In this document: in pieces, positions 10,072-20,602 of the stretch | How the letters are laid out: the number at the start of each line of letters is the position of its first letter | How positions within the stretch are numbered: the first letter of the stretch is position 1 | Source of the DNA: Chrysochromulina tobinii | Lineage: Eukaryota | Length of the DNA stretch: 38,411 bases | NCBI GenBank assembly: GCA_001275005.1 | Contig: JWZX01002867.1 | Span: forward strand, 1-38,411 | Direction: 5' to 3' | Made by a program: the position numbers and the translations under genes | The notes under the pieces: generated by a model | Told to the model about the DNA's origin: nothing | Database searches by the model: none | The model's input: the letters and a program-made list of their open reading frames with translations, nothing else

Positions 10072-13000
10072 CTTCCCGAGCGCCGTACCGAGCAAACGAT
10101 GGATCCCTTCCCGAGCGCCGTACCGAGCGCCGGCGCGCGCGCGCCCCTCTCGGCCTACCATCAGACGGCTGACCCGTTCCCGAGCGGCGCTCGGGGCGGC
10201 GCGAGTGATCCGTTCGCGGGCGCCGGCGCGGGCGCGGGCGCACAGGCGCCCATCCCGACGCGCGTGCCCACGACGATGCGCGTGCCCTCGCTTGCCTGCA
10301 TCTCGACTGCCTCGTCATCGATCCATGCCACGTCATCGACCCCTTTGACGTCCGCCTCGTCGGCTACTCCGTTCACAGCCGCGCCCATGACAGCGCCCGC
10401 CCCGATGCCAGCGCCACTGCCGCCCATGCCTATGACAGCGCGAAGGCGCAACCTCGGCGCACTCGACCAAGACGCGGTGCAGGTGCGATCTCCCTTGATT
10501 GCCCTTGATTGCACTCGACCAAGACGCGGTGCAGGTGCGATCTCCCTTGATTGCCCTTGATTGCACCCGACCAAGACGCGGTGCAGGTGCGATCTCCCTT
10601 GATTGCCCTTGCTCTGTACTTGATGGTCCTTGATGGCCCTTTCTTGCCACTCATGAGCTTCGTCATGCTCGATCGGGCAGCTGCGCGCGGACGACATTAC
10701 TCGCGCCACAGACGGGTGGGCGGCGAGCCGCGTGTTGGGCAAGGGCGGCTTCGGCACGGTCTTCGCAGTGGACGAGGGCCGTCTGGGCGCGCTCGGGCAC
10801 AGCGGGAAGGTGGCTGTGAAGCGCATGGACGACGGCAACATGCAGGGCGTGCACCAGCTGCAGAACGAGATTGACATCCTCGCACTCTGCCGCCATGAGC
10901 ACCTGCTGCCTCTGCTCGGCTTCTGCCTCGAGGCCGAGGCTCGCTGCTTGGTCTATCCGCTCATGGCGGGTGGCACTTTGGAGGATGCGCTCTCGTCCAG
11001 TGCAGCCACGCCCCTCACATGGAAGGCACGCGTGCGTATCTTGAGCGCCACGGCACGCGCACTGCTCTTCCTCCACACGCCGAGCGGTGCTAAGGGCGTC
11101 ATCCTCCACCGGGATGTCAAGTCGGCCAACATCCTCCTCGACCATCACCTCAACGCCAAGCTCTCGGACGTTGGACTCGCACTCTTGAACCCGAGGCAGA
11201 AGGCAAATCTATGGGGCACCAAAGTAATTGGTTTCCCTAATTGGGCCTCTGAGCGTTCTGCTCTGATTGCCTTTAATGAGTGTGCATCTGCTGATGGCCT
11301 GCCTACATGCATCCCTCATCAGGTGATTGGGCATCTGAGTGACGAAGTTACCGGTACCATCGGATACCTCGACCCCATCTACATGGCCTCCGGCATGTAC
11401 ACCACGATGGCGGATGCGTACGCCATGGGCATCACGATGCTCGTCAGCTTCACCGGCGTCGATGCGGTGTGTGCGATGCGCACGTGCAACGAAATGCTCG
11501 AGGCGCCCAGCCGTGCGTACGAGTACGCAGACGCGCGTGCCGAGTGGCCGAATGACGAAACCTGCACTCGGCTCGCTCAGATCATCCAGGTGATGATGAC
11601 CTCTGATCGCCTCTTGATGGCCTCTGAGGACCTCTGATGGCCTCTGAGGACCTCTGAGGACCTCTTGAGGACCTCTGATTACCTCTTGAGGACCACTGAT
11701 GACCTATCCTCACGCACTCCCTTCGAGGATTCGATCTCCCCTCGATCTCCCCTCGAGCAGGGCATCGTGTGCGGCGATCGGCCGTCGCGGCGCACTCCCT
11801 TTGATCAGGCCGTCTCGGAGCTTGATGAGATGGCCGACGAGCTGCGACTCATGGAGGCCAAGGAAGAGCGCCAAAAGCGGCTCACGCAAGATCAGGGCGC
11901 CGTGGCGGCTGTGGAAGGGAAAGCGACACCGGGGGAAGCCCGCGTAGCCAAGGAATGCCAGATCTGTATGGCCGCGCCGCGCGAGGTGCGATCTCCCTTG
12001 ATTGCCCTTGATTGCACTCGACCAAATCTGTATGGCCGCGCCGCGCGAGGTGCGCTTCGCTTGCGGCCACTGAGTGCATCTGAGTGCATCTGAGTGCATC
12101 TGAGTGCATCTGAGTGCATCTGATTACTGGGTGTCATTAGGTGCGCTTCGCATGCGGCCACTTGGTGGCGTGCGAGGCGTGCACCGAGGACCTTCTCGCC
12201 ACTTCCGGCCAGCGTGTCCCGCAGAACAAATGCCCGACGTGCCGGGCTCGGATCGTTCTGTTGCCGGGCTCCAAAGGCGGGAGCGAGAAGTGTTACGAGG
12301 CGACCTATGTCGCGCAGGATTGTCCGCCGCCGCCGCAACTCGACCCACCCAAGTGGCGGATTGAGGAGTCAGCCTTGTTCCAACCGGGCGCGCGTGACGA
12401 AGTCGTGTTTCGTCACCCGGGGATGACTGGGCTGCATATAGGGTCCGTTCGCTCTATGCCAGGGCGGACTGTGATCACCGGCGTCACGCCGGGCTCGCCC
12501 GCTGACCACCTTCAAGTGCATCCCGGCAGTGAGATCGTCGCTGTCAATGGGCAGTCGACCCAGGGCCTCGAAAGGTGCGCCGTGATTGCACCTTGATTGC
12601 ACCTTGATTGCACCTTGATTGCACCTTGCTTGCAAATTGGATTGGGATTGCACCGGATTGCACCGGATTAGGGTGCTATCTGCAGCAGCCGTTGAGTGCC
12701 TCTGAGCACACAACTCATTGCCTTGAGTGCTTCCCTCGTCAGATCGGCCCTCTTAGATCTGTGTACCACGCGACCATTGAAGATGACCCTCGTGCTGCCC
12801 GCCTCCGTGACTCCGAATCCCCGCCCCCGAGACGTCGAGCCGCCGCCGCCGTCGGCCGCCACCCCGCCACCCCTGGCCAGCTCGCCCCTGAGATGGGCGT
12901 CGTCGCGAGCGGCGGGCGCCGTCGCGAGCACCTCGCCAACCATGCCCGGCTCGCCCCCGAGCGAGTCACGTGCGCCGGGCGCCGTCGCGAGCACCTCGCG

Positions 13001-13154
13001 TTCGAGCACCTCAGCCGCCAGTGATCCGTTCCCGACGGCCGCCAATCAAACGCCGACGGAACGCCGATCCAGCGCGCCGTGGCGGGCGCTCAAGAGTCTA
13101 GCACGAGCCGTGAGTCCGTTCCGGCGGTCATCGAGCCCCGCACACCCGAGATGA
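8752..13154 (+). CDS. IRAK/Pelle(RLCK)-like Ser/Thr kinase with C-terminal RING-HC and PDZ domains (~1203 aa); exons 8752-10482, 10681-11223, 11323-11589, 11761-11985, 12141-12574, 12743-13154
   Basis: Kinase motifs: DDITRATDGW..VLGKGGFGTVF, VAVKR, HRDVKSANILL, SDVGLA, GTIGYLDP. Spliced RING: CQIC..CGHLVACEAC..CPTC. PDZ: ITGVTPGSPAD..PGSEIVAVNG. Five GT-AG introns in consistent phase; exons sum to 3612 nt. Confidence 0.85.
10459..10611 (+). repeat. 3 x 52-bp tandem repeat of the exon 1 end plus the splice donor
   Basis: Unit gcactcgaccaagacgcggtgcag|gtgcgatctcccttgattgcccttgatt; the first copy is the real exon/intron junction. Confidence 0.95.
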
Positions 13155-13538
13155 ACGGCTTGTGGATAGCGCGGCCGTTTGGTAAGGGTTCAGGGATTTG
13201 CATGTACAGTATCGAGCGTATTGACTTACCGTGTGTAGAGACTACCAGAGAGGCGTTCTTTTTCGTGACGCCTACTGGAGATTCGCCCCGGGACCCGCGG
13301 GTGTCTTTACGCATGCTTTAACGGGTGTCGCGGGCAACCATGGAGCATGGTCCGGCCGGGCTGCCCGGCCACGTGTCTTGGTTCCGAGGTGGCACCAAGA
13401 ATCTACAGTATCATCCAAACGAAGTCTCCTTTCGTCTTCCCTGGCGCCCTGGGGCGCCTGCGCCTGCGGCGCCGGGGGCTTTTTTTTTCCGCGTGGGCTC
13501 TTGCAGGCCTTCTCGCGCTACCGGTTCAGACTCGCGCT

Positions 13539-13632
13539 ACTGTTACGGTTCAAAAACACCGGGGGAGCCGGTACACACAGGACACCGGTAAAAAGACACC
13601 GGGGGGAGCCGGGACTCACGGGCAGTAACAGT
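13539..13632. mobile_element. Possible MITE-like element (8-bp terminal inverted repeat actgttac...gtaacagt, two internal acaccggggg(g)agccgg copies)
   Basis: The TIR and internal direct repeat are visible and a related copy lies at 8583-8618. No clear target-site duplication and no transposase. Confidence 0.35.
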
Positions 13633-13723
13633 GCCGTAGCGCCGGTTGTCGCGTCTGTCGTGTTAACATTCACACGGTACACACGCAGCGCGGTTCTCGT
13701 CGTCGGCTCTTTCGATTGGCGAA

Positions 13724-15027
13724 ATGCCCGCGTCTGACGCGTGCACGCCATATGCCTGCCAAATTGATGCTTCTGATTCACCAGCGTGCGTGAGCATTAT
13801 GAACGGTGGACCGCCTATACAAACGTCCTCTTTGATTGGCTTGCCCCATTGTAAAGATGCCAGCATAGGCGCAACGCCACGTAAGCTACTGCCTACGCAT
13901 CGGCTTAAACGCTGCACCTGCGTTGCATCGCTTGATTTGCCGCACATGTACGCCCGTGTGTGGTAGGTCGCATTCATCCTCTCAATGAGACTGTGCCGCT
14001 TGAAGGTCAAGCTCCTGCCACTGTCTGGCTCGATGTCCGAAAGGCCGGCGTTGGACCTCACTTTCGTCCACAGGGCTCAATCGTTATTACTGCGCACAAT
14101 GCGGCACGCACTCTGAATCAGTCTTTGCCCTTGCTCTTCCAGCATACTGCCAGCTGCTCTGAGCTGCTTATCCTGCTCGATCAGTGCACCGATTTTCACT
14201 CACTGTCACATTCTGATCCCACGAACAGCAACAACGGGCAAAATTGGTCTGCAACACTGGAGACCGTCATCAGCCGCCTCGATGGCTTCGTTTCCAGCCG
14301 AATCAAGAGGGTTCGAGTCCTCATCCAGCCGACTCCCGTGTGGGAAACCGCAGGCGAGAACATTCTCATGAGCATCTCTGATCCGCTCAAGTTTTACGCG
14401 TCGGTACAGCCCGATAACCTCGTAGAAGAGGACGGTTGGGATCTGCAGCTCTTGCGACCCCTGGCTTCTTTTGGCGATTTCTTCAGCGTATCCGGCATGT
14501 TGGCGCACGCTCTCGGTGCCCGTACGCCGACCATGCGCTTCATTAGGGATCGGCCACTCATTCGTGATCCCGTTTTCTCAGACGCGCCGCGGGGGGCCCA
14601 TCTGAAGGACCGCGACACGTACTACGTTCGAGATACCTCAAGCCGTGGTCCGTTGCTCTTCCATGCCCAGCGGATGCAGCAGCTCGCCTTCTTTGATCAC
14701 GAGCTCTACTACATGGACGATTCTGATCACGACCTTCACTGCAAGGCGCTCCTTCTTTACAATTGGACGACAGGCGTTGTGGCTCTTCGTCATGCTGACT
14801 GGACACGTCAGGCAAAGATTCCCTTGACGACACGTCTCGAAACCGCCGAGGCGAGAAACCAGTCGAGGATCACGCTGTCGAGGATCAAGGCACGTGAGAG
14901 GCTTGTTCTGGCGACTGGCAGGCGAGGCTGCCTGCATGAGCAAGCGCCGCGCCTCAAACAAATGCCTCCAAGAGCCGAGAATCGAGCCATGCTGCCGTTG
15001 AGTGTGGTGTGCGGAGCCGCAATTTGA
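13724..15027 (+). CDS. Glycosyltransferase family 2-like protein (~405 aa); exons 13724-13880, 13967-15027
   Basis: SIVITAHNAARTLNQSL...ELLILLDQCTD resembles the GT-A/GT2 N-terminus. Intron gtaagc...tag (13881-13966) joins the exons in phase. Start codon uncertain. Confidence 0.68.
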
Positions 15028-15488
15028 AGACGTCGCGATGCGAACTTGCGGTCTCGATAGTCCGGTCCGGTAGCCTAGTGAGTTACGAAACCCCTGGTTG
15101 CCGAATAAGGATATGACGAAACCCTGGGAGGTCTTGCGTCTTCCCGAGACGTCCGGTCCGCGGTCCGGGGCCACGACCGGGACGAACTTGTACTTCGGCC
15201 GATAGTGGCTTTACAGTGAAACGTTACACATTGAACGGCGGCTAATACATGATTCGGCTAATGCATCTCGGCTATCTCTAAATTGCCAGAGCGGCGCAAC
15301 AAAAGACTGGCGCGGCACTGCATACGAACGTACTAAGAAAGCACTAAGGGACGACCTGCGCATGCCAGAGCGAGCCACGGCAACCGTTGGGGCTCCGTGG
15401 GCGTGTGGTGCAGTCGCACATCATGCTCGATCCTAGTGACAAACGTGCGGGCCAGTGAAGGAGCATCCCTTCCGTGCCCTGAGCTCTG

Positions 15489-15516
15489 TTACGCATCACA
15501 TGTCCACATGCCGCCA

Positions 15517-15560
<44 letters not shown>

Positions 15561-15977
15561 CTGCGCTTTTCGTCGTCGCTCAAAGGCGGCCTGCTGCGCG
15601 ACGATCTGCTGCACGTCTTCGCCGGCGCGCCGCGGAGCGTTCTCGCTGAGCTGCGGCTCAGAGAGCAGGCGCTTGGACACCACGCTCAGGTGGTGGTTGG
15701 CGACTGCTGGCAAAGACTTGACTGTGGCGAGGGTGGTGCTCCCAACATCGAGGAGAATTCTCGCGAAAACGGTCGCGCCCGCCGATGATGTCGTGACGAC
15801 CGCAACTTGCACGCCCAGGATGGCCACCGGCAGCCAGGCGTTCGAGCAGACGCGCACCGCAAAGCTGGCCGCGGTTAGCGCGAACTTTTTTGCACGGATA
15901 GGATCAAGGCTCGTCATGCGCGCACACACACGCACCGCCAGCGAGGCCGCGCTCATGGCTATTTGCGCTTGAGACAT
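15489..15977 (-). CDS. Hypothetical protein with hydrophobic N-terminal half and poly-Gln tract
   Basis: ATG at 15977, 162-aa ORF, (CAG)n poly-Q. No recognised domain. Confidence 0.45.
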
Positions 15978-16093
15978 TGGGGCCGCCGAGAATGGCCGGC
16001 GGTGCTTGGAGGATTGACGGCGGGCGCGAAGCCGGCGGCTGGAAAGCGGAGGCGATCCCTGCCGTGACGGAACCTTGCGAAAATGCGCTGGCC

Positions 16094-16115
16094 TCAAGTC
16101 AAGTCAAGTCAAGTC
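16094..16115 (+). repeat. (TCAAG)n microsatellite in a divergent intergenic region
   Basis: tcaagtcaagtcaagtcaagtc; a shorter copy lies at about 3414-3426. Confidence 0.85.
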
Positions 16116-16273
16116 TTACTGTTGCAAGGCGACTATAGTACATGTACGAATGGGCATCTGTACGACCGGGGTCACTGTCTGATTGACTGACAGTTTGACC
16201 TCGCAGTCCCGGATTGCGTTCCCAATTGCGAAGCTCGGTTTCGGGGCTCGGCGCCGGTCGGCCGGGCAGCCAA

Positions 16274-17074
16274 ATGCTGCATCAGCCCGGCATTGCAGCG
16301 CAGAGCGCCACGTCGCTCGGCGGCTCCTTGTACGCTCCTGATCCGGCATCGGTGGCCGCGGCTGACGCGACCACCGATCCCACGGGGGCAGCGTCGCCGC
16401 TGGCAGGCAGCGGCGGCGACTTCCCTAAGAAGCAGTTGCAGAACGACGAGGCTCAGGCGCCCCTCGACGATCAGGAGCGTCGTGCCGTGCAGCGCAGAAT
16501 GCAGCGGCGAGCGGAGGAGAGGGCGGCTGAGGTGGCAGCGGGACGTGTCGATGGCACGAAATCGGCACGGGAGCCCTCACGCACCCAGGCATACACGTCC
16601 GGTGCATACACGCCAAAGGGCTCGTGGATCGACCGGGCCGCTGGGCAGCTCACGGGCCGGCTTACGGGCCGGCGCACGGGCACGGCGCGAGCAGGCGGCG
16701 GCTACCTGTCGAGCCGTTCCGCCATCAGCACCGCGCGCAGCTACTTGTCGACGAGCCGCAGCATGATGACGACGGCGCGCTCCGACGTGGCCACGGGCCG
16801 TTACAACGACGTGCTGGACAACCGGCCAGAGGCTACCGAATTCCGTCCGATCAAGACGATCGACATCTCAGCGGCGAACAAGTTGCAAGGGACTATCACC
16901 ACAAGCGAGACAGCGGCGACGGCGCCGCGGCGAAAGACGGCCGCATCTACTGCCGCCAACCTGCGCGCCGGGCTCCTGCGACGGGGCGTCGCCCTGACTG
17001 GGCGGAAGTCGAACAACACGGGCCGCACGCCGCGCACGAGCCGTGCCAAGGGCGAGAGGCCACACTGGGCCTGA
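16274..17074 (+). CDS. Hypothetical basic, low-complexity protein (T-A/G-R motifs), 266 aa
   Basis: Long ORF from ATG 16274 with GC-rich third positions. No recognised domain. Confidence 0.55.
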   Translation: MLHQPGIAAQSATSLGGSLYAPDPASVAAADATTDPTGAASPLAGSGGDFPKKQLQNDEAQAPLDDQERRAVQRRMQRRAEERAAEVAAGRVDGTKSAREPSRTQAYTSGAYTPKGSWIDRAAGQLTGRLTGRRTGTARAGGGYLSSRSAISTARSYLSTSRSMMTTARSDVATGRYNDVLDNRPEATEFRPIKTIDISAANKLQGTITTSETAATAPRRKTAASTAANLRAGLLRRGVALTGRKSNNTGRTPRTSRAKGERPHWA

Positions 17075-17706
17075 GGGTCACCTTAGCGTGTGCTCACGCG
17101 GCCGTGGAGTCCGAAGCGAGCTCAATGATGAATTCGGAGGAAGGCCGCCGAAGGCACCACGCCCTCTGGCTCTGGTGGCCTTCATCCAATTCCGCCATCG
17201 CCCGCCGGGCCAAGTACCGCCGGGGAGAGAGTGGGGGGTCACCTGAAGGGACCCCCCTTCTTGATCGCAGACCGCGCATGAGGGGACACCGAGGGTCTCA
17301 CTAGGGTCTGGCGAATAGAGCCGTGCTCCAGTGTCGTGTGTGCGCACAGTAGTCGGCGTACCGCGTACGCCGCACGCGTATCGTCACGTCATCAGTGCCA
17401 GAGCCTGACGCAAAGGCGCACCAGGATCTGTGTGTTCAGTGTGTGGTGCAACTTGTTGATGCGGTTTTTCTCATGATCGGTAGGCCATTTTGATTTTCAA
17501 GGATTCAAGCAAGCGGGCTGAGATGTCGGCTCCGGTCTAGCCTAGTCTCTAGCTACGTAGCGCAGGCTCCCGTCCAGTCTTCCTTTCCGGCGTTAGCGTT
17601 TGCCGTTCGGTTTCTTTCGTCTCGACGTCGTCGTGCGCTCCGCCGAGACGTCATCGAGGCGCTCACCCTCAGGCGTCGCCCGAGTGCACTTGTCCCCGAC
17701 CGGTGC

Positions 17707-18743
17707 TCAGTTGCAGCCGACGCCTCCCTGACCGTTGCCGCCGGCGAGGATCTTATAGTAACGGCTGTCACAGTAGACGGGCTTCACGCCCGATCCGTCC
17801 TCCTGCAACCTTCGCTGCGCACGCTGCTGCTCGCGCATGGCGAAGCCGTCGTCGCTTCGGATTCGATTCTCGTACCGCCTCGCCTCATCGCCCGAGAGCG
17901 TTTTCAGGGTCGCCGGGCCACTCTCACCCTCGACCAAGGTTAGCACCTCACCGCTGCCGAGGGAGAGCGCGAGGAAGAGGCTCACGGTGAGCAGCGACTG
18001 GTCGATGCGCTGTAGAGCCGGCGCTACCTGCACGCACATGTCGAGCCCGCACACAACCGTCAGCGACATCACGAATAGCAACAAGTGAGATGCACTCAGA
18101 AGCACTCCGTGACACCCAGAAGCACTCCGTGACACCCAGAAGCACTCCGTGACACCCAGAAGCACTCCGAGGCACTCAGAAGCACTCCGTGACACCCAGA
18201 GGCACTCCGAGGCACTCAGCGTACCTCCTGCTGCTGAATGAGCCGATCGCGTAGCTGCATCTCGCGATCTTTGGTCGCAAAGAGGCCGCGCTGGTTGGCC
18301 TCGTAGTACGTCTTTCGCTCCTTCAGCCGCTCCGACACGTAGCCCCAGCCCACGCGCAGCCGCGCGATGAAGGGCAGCATCACCGCAAATGTGCCGATGT
18401 TGGCGGCGAGGAAGAGCTGTGGCAGCTCGTTTGGCAGCTGATCGAAGGTGGCATACGAGACCGGGAGCGAGATGAAGAGCATGATGAACTGGTACACCTG
18501 GGTGACCTTGCTCTTGTACGCATCCGACTCGGCCCAGTCGTAAAAGGGCTGACGGCGCAGCTCTTTCAGCTCTGTCAGCGGCTGCTGGCCCTTGGGCACA
18601 GCAGCTTGGCCGAATGGGTTGAACTCCCGTTTTACTTCCACGTCCTGCTCCTGCAGGAGTGGCCCTCGGGTCCGAAACGACAGCCGCTGCGGCGCTGGGC
18701 CCAGGAAGCTTGTCGCAGCGAGGAACGCCACAAGGCTGTGCAT
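17707..18743 (-). CDS. CGLD27: CGLD27/Ycf36 (DUF1230) plastid membrane protein; exons 18743-18225, 18027-17707
   Basis: VPKGQQPLTELKELR..FYDWA, RLRVGWGYVSERL..YYE and RDRL motifs of DUF1230. N-terminal hydrophobic leader ending AATSF resembles a bipartite plastid-targeting signal. GT-AG intron 18224-18028. Confidence 0.85.
18095..18220 (-). repeat. Intronic 20-bp/10-bp tandem repeat (tctgggtgtcacggagtgct; gagtgcctc)
   Basis: Read directly in the CGLD27 intron. Confidence 0.9.
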
Positions 18744-19072
18744 CTAAACTGGGAGGTAGCCTGGAAATTACCCATCCTGATGCTGCTAGGGGTCGTCCTG
18801 ATGTACCCCGCATGACCCCGCTATTTCTCAGGTTGCCTACCTCCCCCCCTTGCCACGTGTCCGTAGCCGGAAAGTGGAAAGTCAGACCTTTAACCCCTAA
18901 TCCGGATAGAAGAACTATCATCGACAGACAATTGTCTCAGACATTGACCGCCAACGAGAAATTGGCCCCGCGCGCTCGAGGAGGCTCGCCTCGGGGCGGC
19001 CTGTCCTCCCTTGTTGGGGGCGTCGTGTGGTAGGTATGTGTCCGGTTGCCCAAAGGGTCTCCTCCCTTTCCA

Positions 19073-20275
19073 TCAACTTGCATCACATCTATCCACAATC
19101 GGCCACAATCTCACGAGGGGCTCGCCCTCGAAGCGCGCGTCGATCGCCGCGAGGGCTCGCTGGTAGCCCGCCGACGAAACATGCGCCTTGACAGCCGGCA
19201 TGTTCTTGAGCAGCGTCCCCGTCAGAGGACATCTCATGCCTTCTGTGCTGAGTTTCGTCTCCTCAGCGTGCACCTGCACCACGACGGCGCCCTGCGTCTC
19301 GAGCGCCTCGAGCCAGCGCACGGGCAGCACCAGAAAGTCGCTCGTGAACGAGTTCCAATGCTTCCTGTGCTTGAGTGCCTCTGATTGGAAGTCGAGCGAG
19401 ATCAGGTGGAGATGCAGCTGTCGCATCGAGGGAACGCTATGAAAGCCTGCGACGAGTGGCGCTAGGCCGGGGAGCAGGCGCGTGCGCAGCGCGGGCGCGA
19501 GCCAGGCGGCCAGGCGCGCCATCGCGCGCATCATCGGCACGTGTGCTCGAGTGAGCTGTGCCGGCGAATCGATGCGTGTGCGAGGCATGATCAGCAAGTG
19601 GCACCTCGCCTTGGGGTACACATCGTAGGCAACCACAAAGTCGCGCGTGGTCAGGAGCACCTTACGAGGGTCGGGTCGCGCGGAGAGCGCGAGCTCCTGC
19701 AGCGCAGAGAGGCCCGCCGGGCCCGCCCAAGCCGGCTTGGGCGGGCATGCATATGCCGGCAGCTGCAAGCATTCCCAGTCGTCACCTACAGAGGAGGCAG
19801 CACCGGCGGCGAAGGCGCCCTCGGAGGCGGCGTGCACCGTTGACTTCGCACGCTTGGCAGAGCTCTCGTCTGGATCGGAAAGTGCCGCCGGAGGCGGTGC
19901 CGGAGGCGGTGCACTCAAAGTCTGCCGTACAGCCTCGGTACACAAAGAGGCAAGGCTCTTGAGCTGCTCATGACTCGAGATGGCTAACCCAGCGTTGCAA
20001 GCAGTGAGCGCCGCCTGGTGGTCGCCAAGGGCGTGAAGCGCACACGCCAGGCGATAGTGAGGCTTGACGCCGCCGGGCGTGTGTGCCACCGCTTGTGCTG
20101 CATCCTCTCTGGCCTCGGCGTAGCGAGAGAGCTTGTGAAGCGCTGCGCTGCGGTTGCAGAGTATGGCCGAGCGAGCCGCTGCGTCCAGGCCATCGGCGCG
20201 CAGCGCATCGGCGTACTGATCAACTGCTTGCCTGAAATCACCGGCGCGGAAGGCCGAGTCGGCTGCTTCCTTCAT
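19073..20275 (-). CDS. APTX: TPR-domain / aprataxin (HIT family DNA deadenylase) fusion, 400 aa
   Basis: N-terminal TPR helices (AFRAGDFRQAVDQY, ILCNRSAA, KPHYRLA). Aprataxin motifs DVYPKARCHLLIMPR and GFHSVPSMRQLHLHLISLDF.S..LKHRKHWNSF. Single ORF. Confidence 0.85.
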   Translation of the reverse strand: MKEAADSAFRAGDFRQAVDQYADALRADGLDAAARSAILCNRSAALHKLSRYAEAREDAAQAVAHTPGGVKPHYRLACALHALGDHQAALTACNAGLAISSHEQLKSLASLCTEAVRQTLSAPPPAPPPAALSDPDESSAKRAKSTVHAASEGAFAAGAASSVGDDWECLQLPAYACPPKPAWAGPAGLSALQELALSARPDPRKVLLTTRDFVVAYDVYPKARCHLLIMPRTRIDSPAQLTRAHVPMMRAMARLAAWLAPALRTRLLPGLAPLVAGFHSVPSMRQLHLHLISLDFQSEALKHRKHWNSFTSDFLVLPVRWLEALETQGAVVVQVHAEETKLSTEGMRCPLTGTLLKNMPAVKAHVSSAGYQRALAAIDARFEGEPLVRLWPIVDRCDAS

Positions 20276-20602
20276 TGAGTGAGTGTGAGAGTGAGAGGAA
20301 AGTCGGCCATTTCCTTCATAGTTGACAGTGTGAAGAACGGCGATTCCAGAGCCGCGTCGAGCCGACGCGCGTTCCGCGACTAAGACGTGCGACAGCGATC
20401 CAATCCTGGAAACCCGGGTTTCCAAAAATGTGTGTCGACTTTTGCACCTTCGAGACAAATCTTCATGCGCCATCCATTCTGCGAGCGGCTAAGTTCGTGC
20501 CTTCTTGTTCGAAAACATCTACCACTCTCACGAGCGATACAGACCCTTCCACGAGCGATTCAGACGACAGCTGCCATTGCAGATGAGAGAGACAGCTGCT
20601 CA

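Noticed and set aside
13200..13640. Autonomous transposon or retroelement
   Set aside because: No transposase, reverse transcriptase or integrase motifs were recognised here or anywhere else in the window.
17707..18921. 404-aa single ORF for the CGLD27 locus
   Set aside because: It reads through an intron in the wrong frame for exon 1; the spliced model restores the family motifs.
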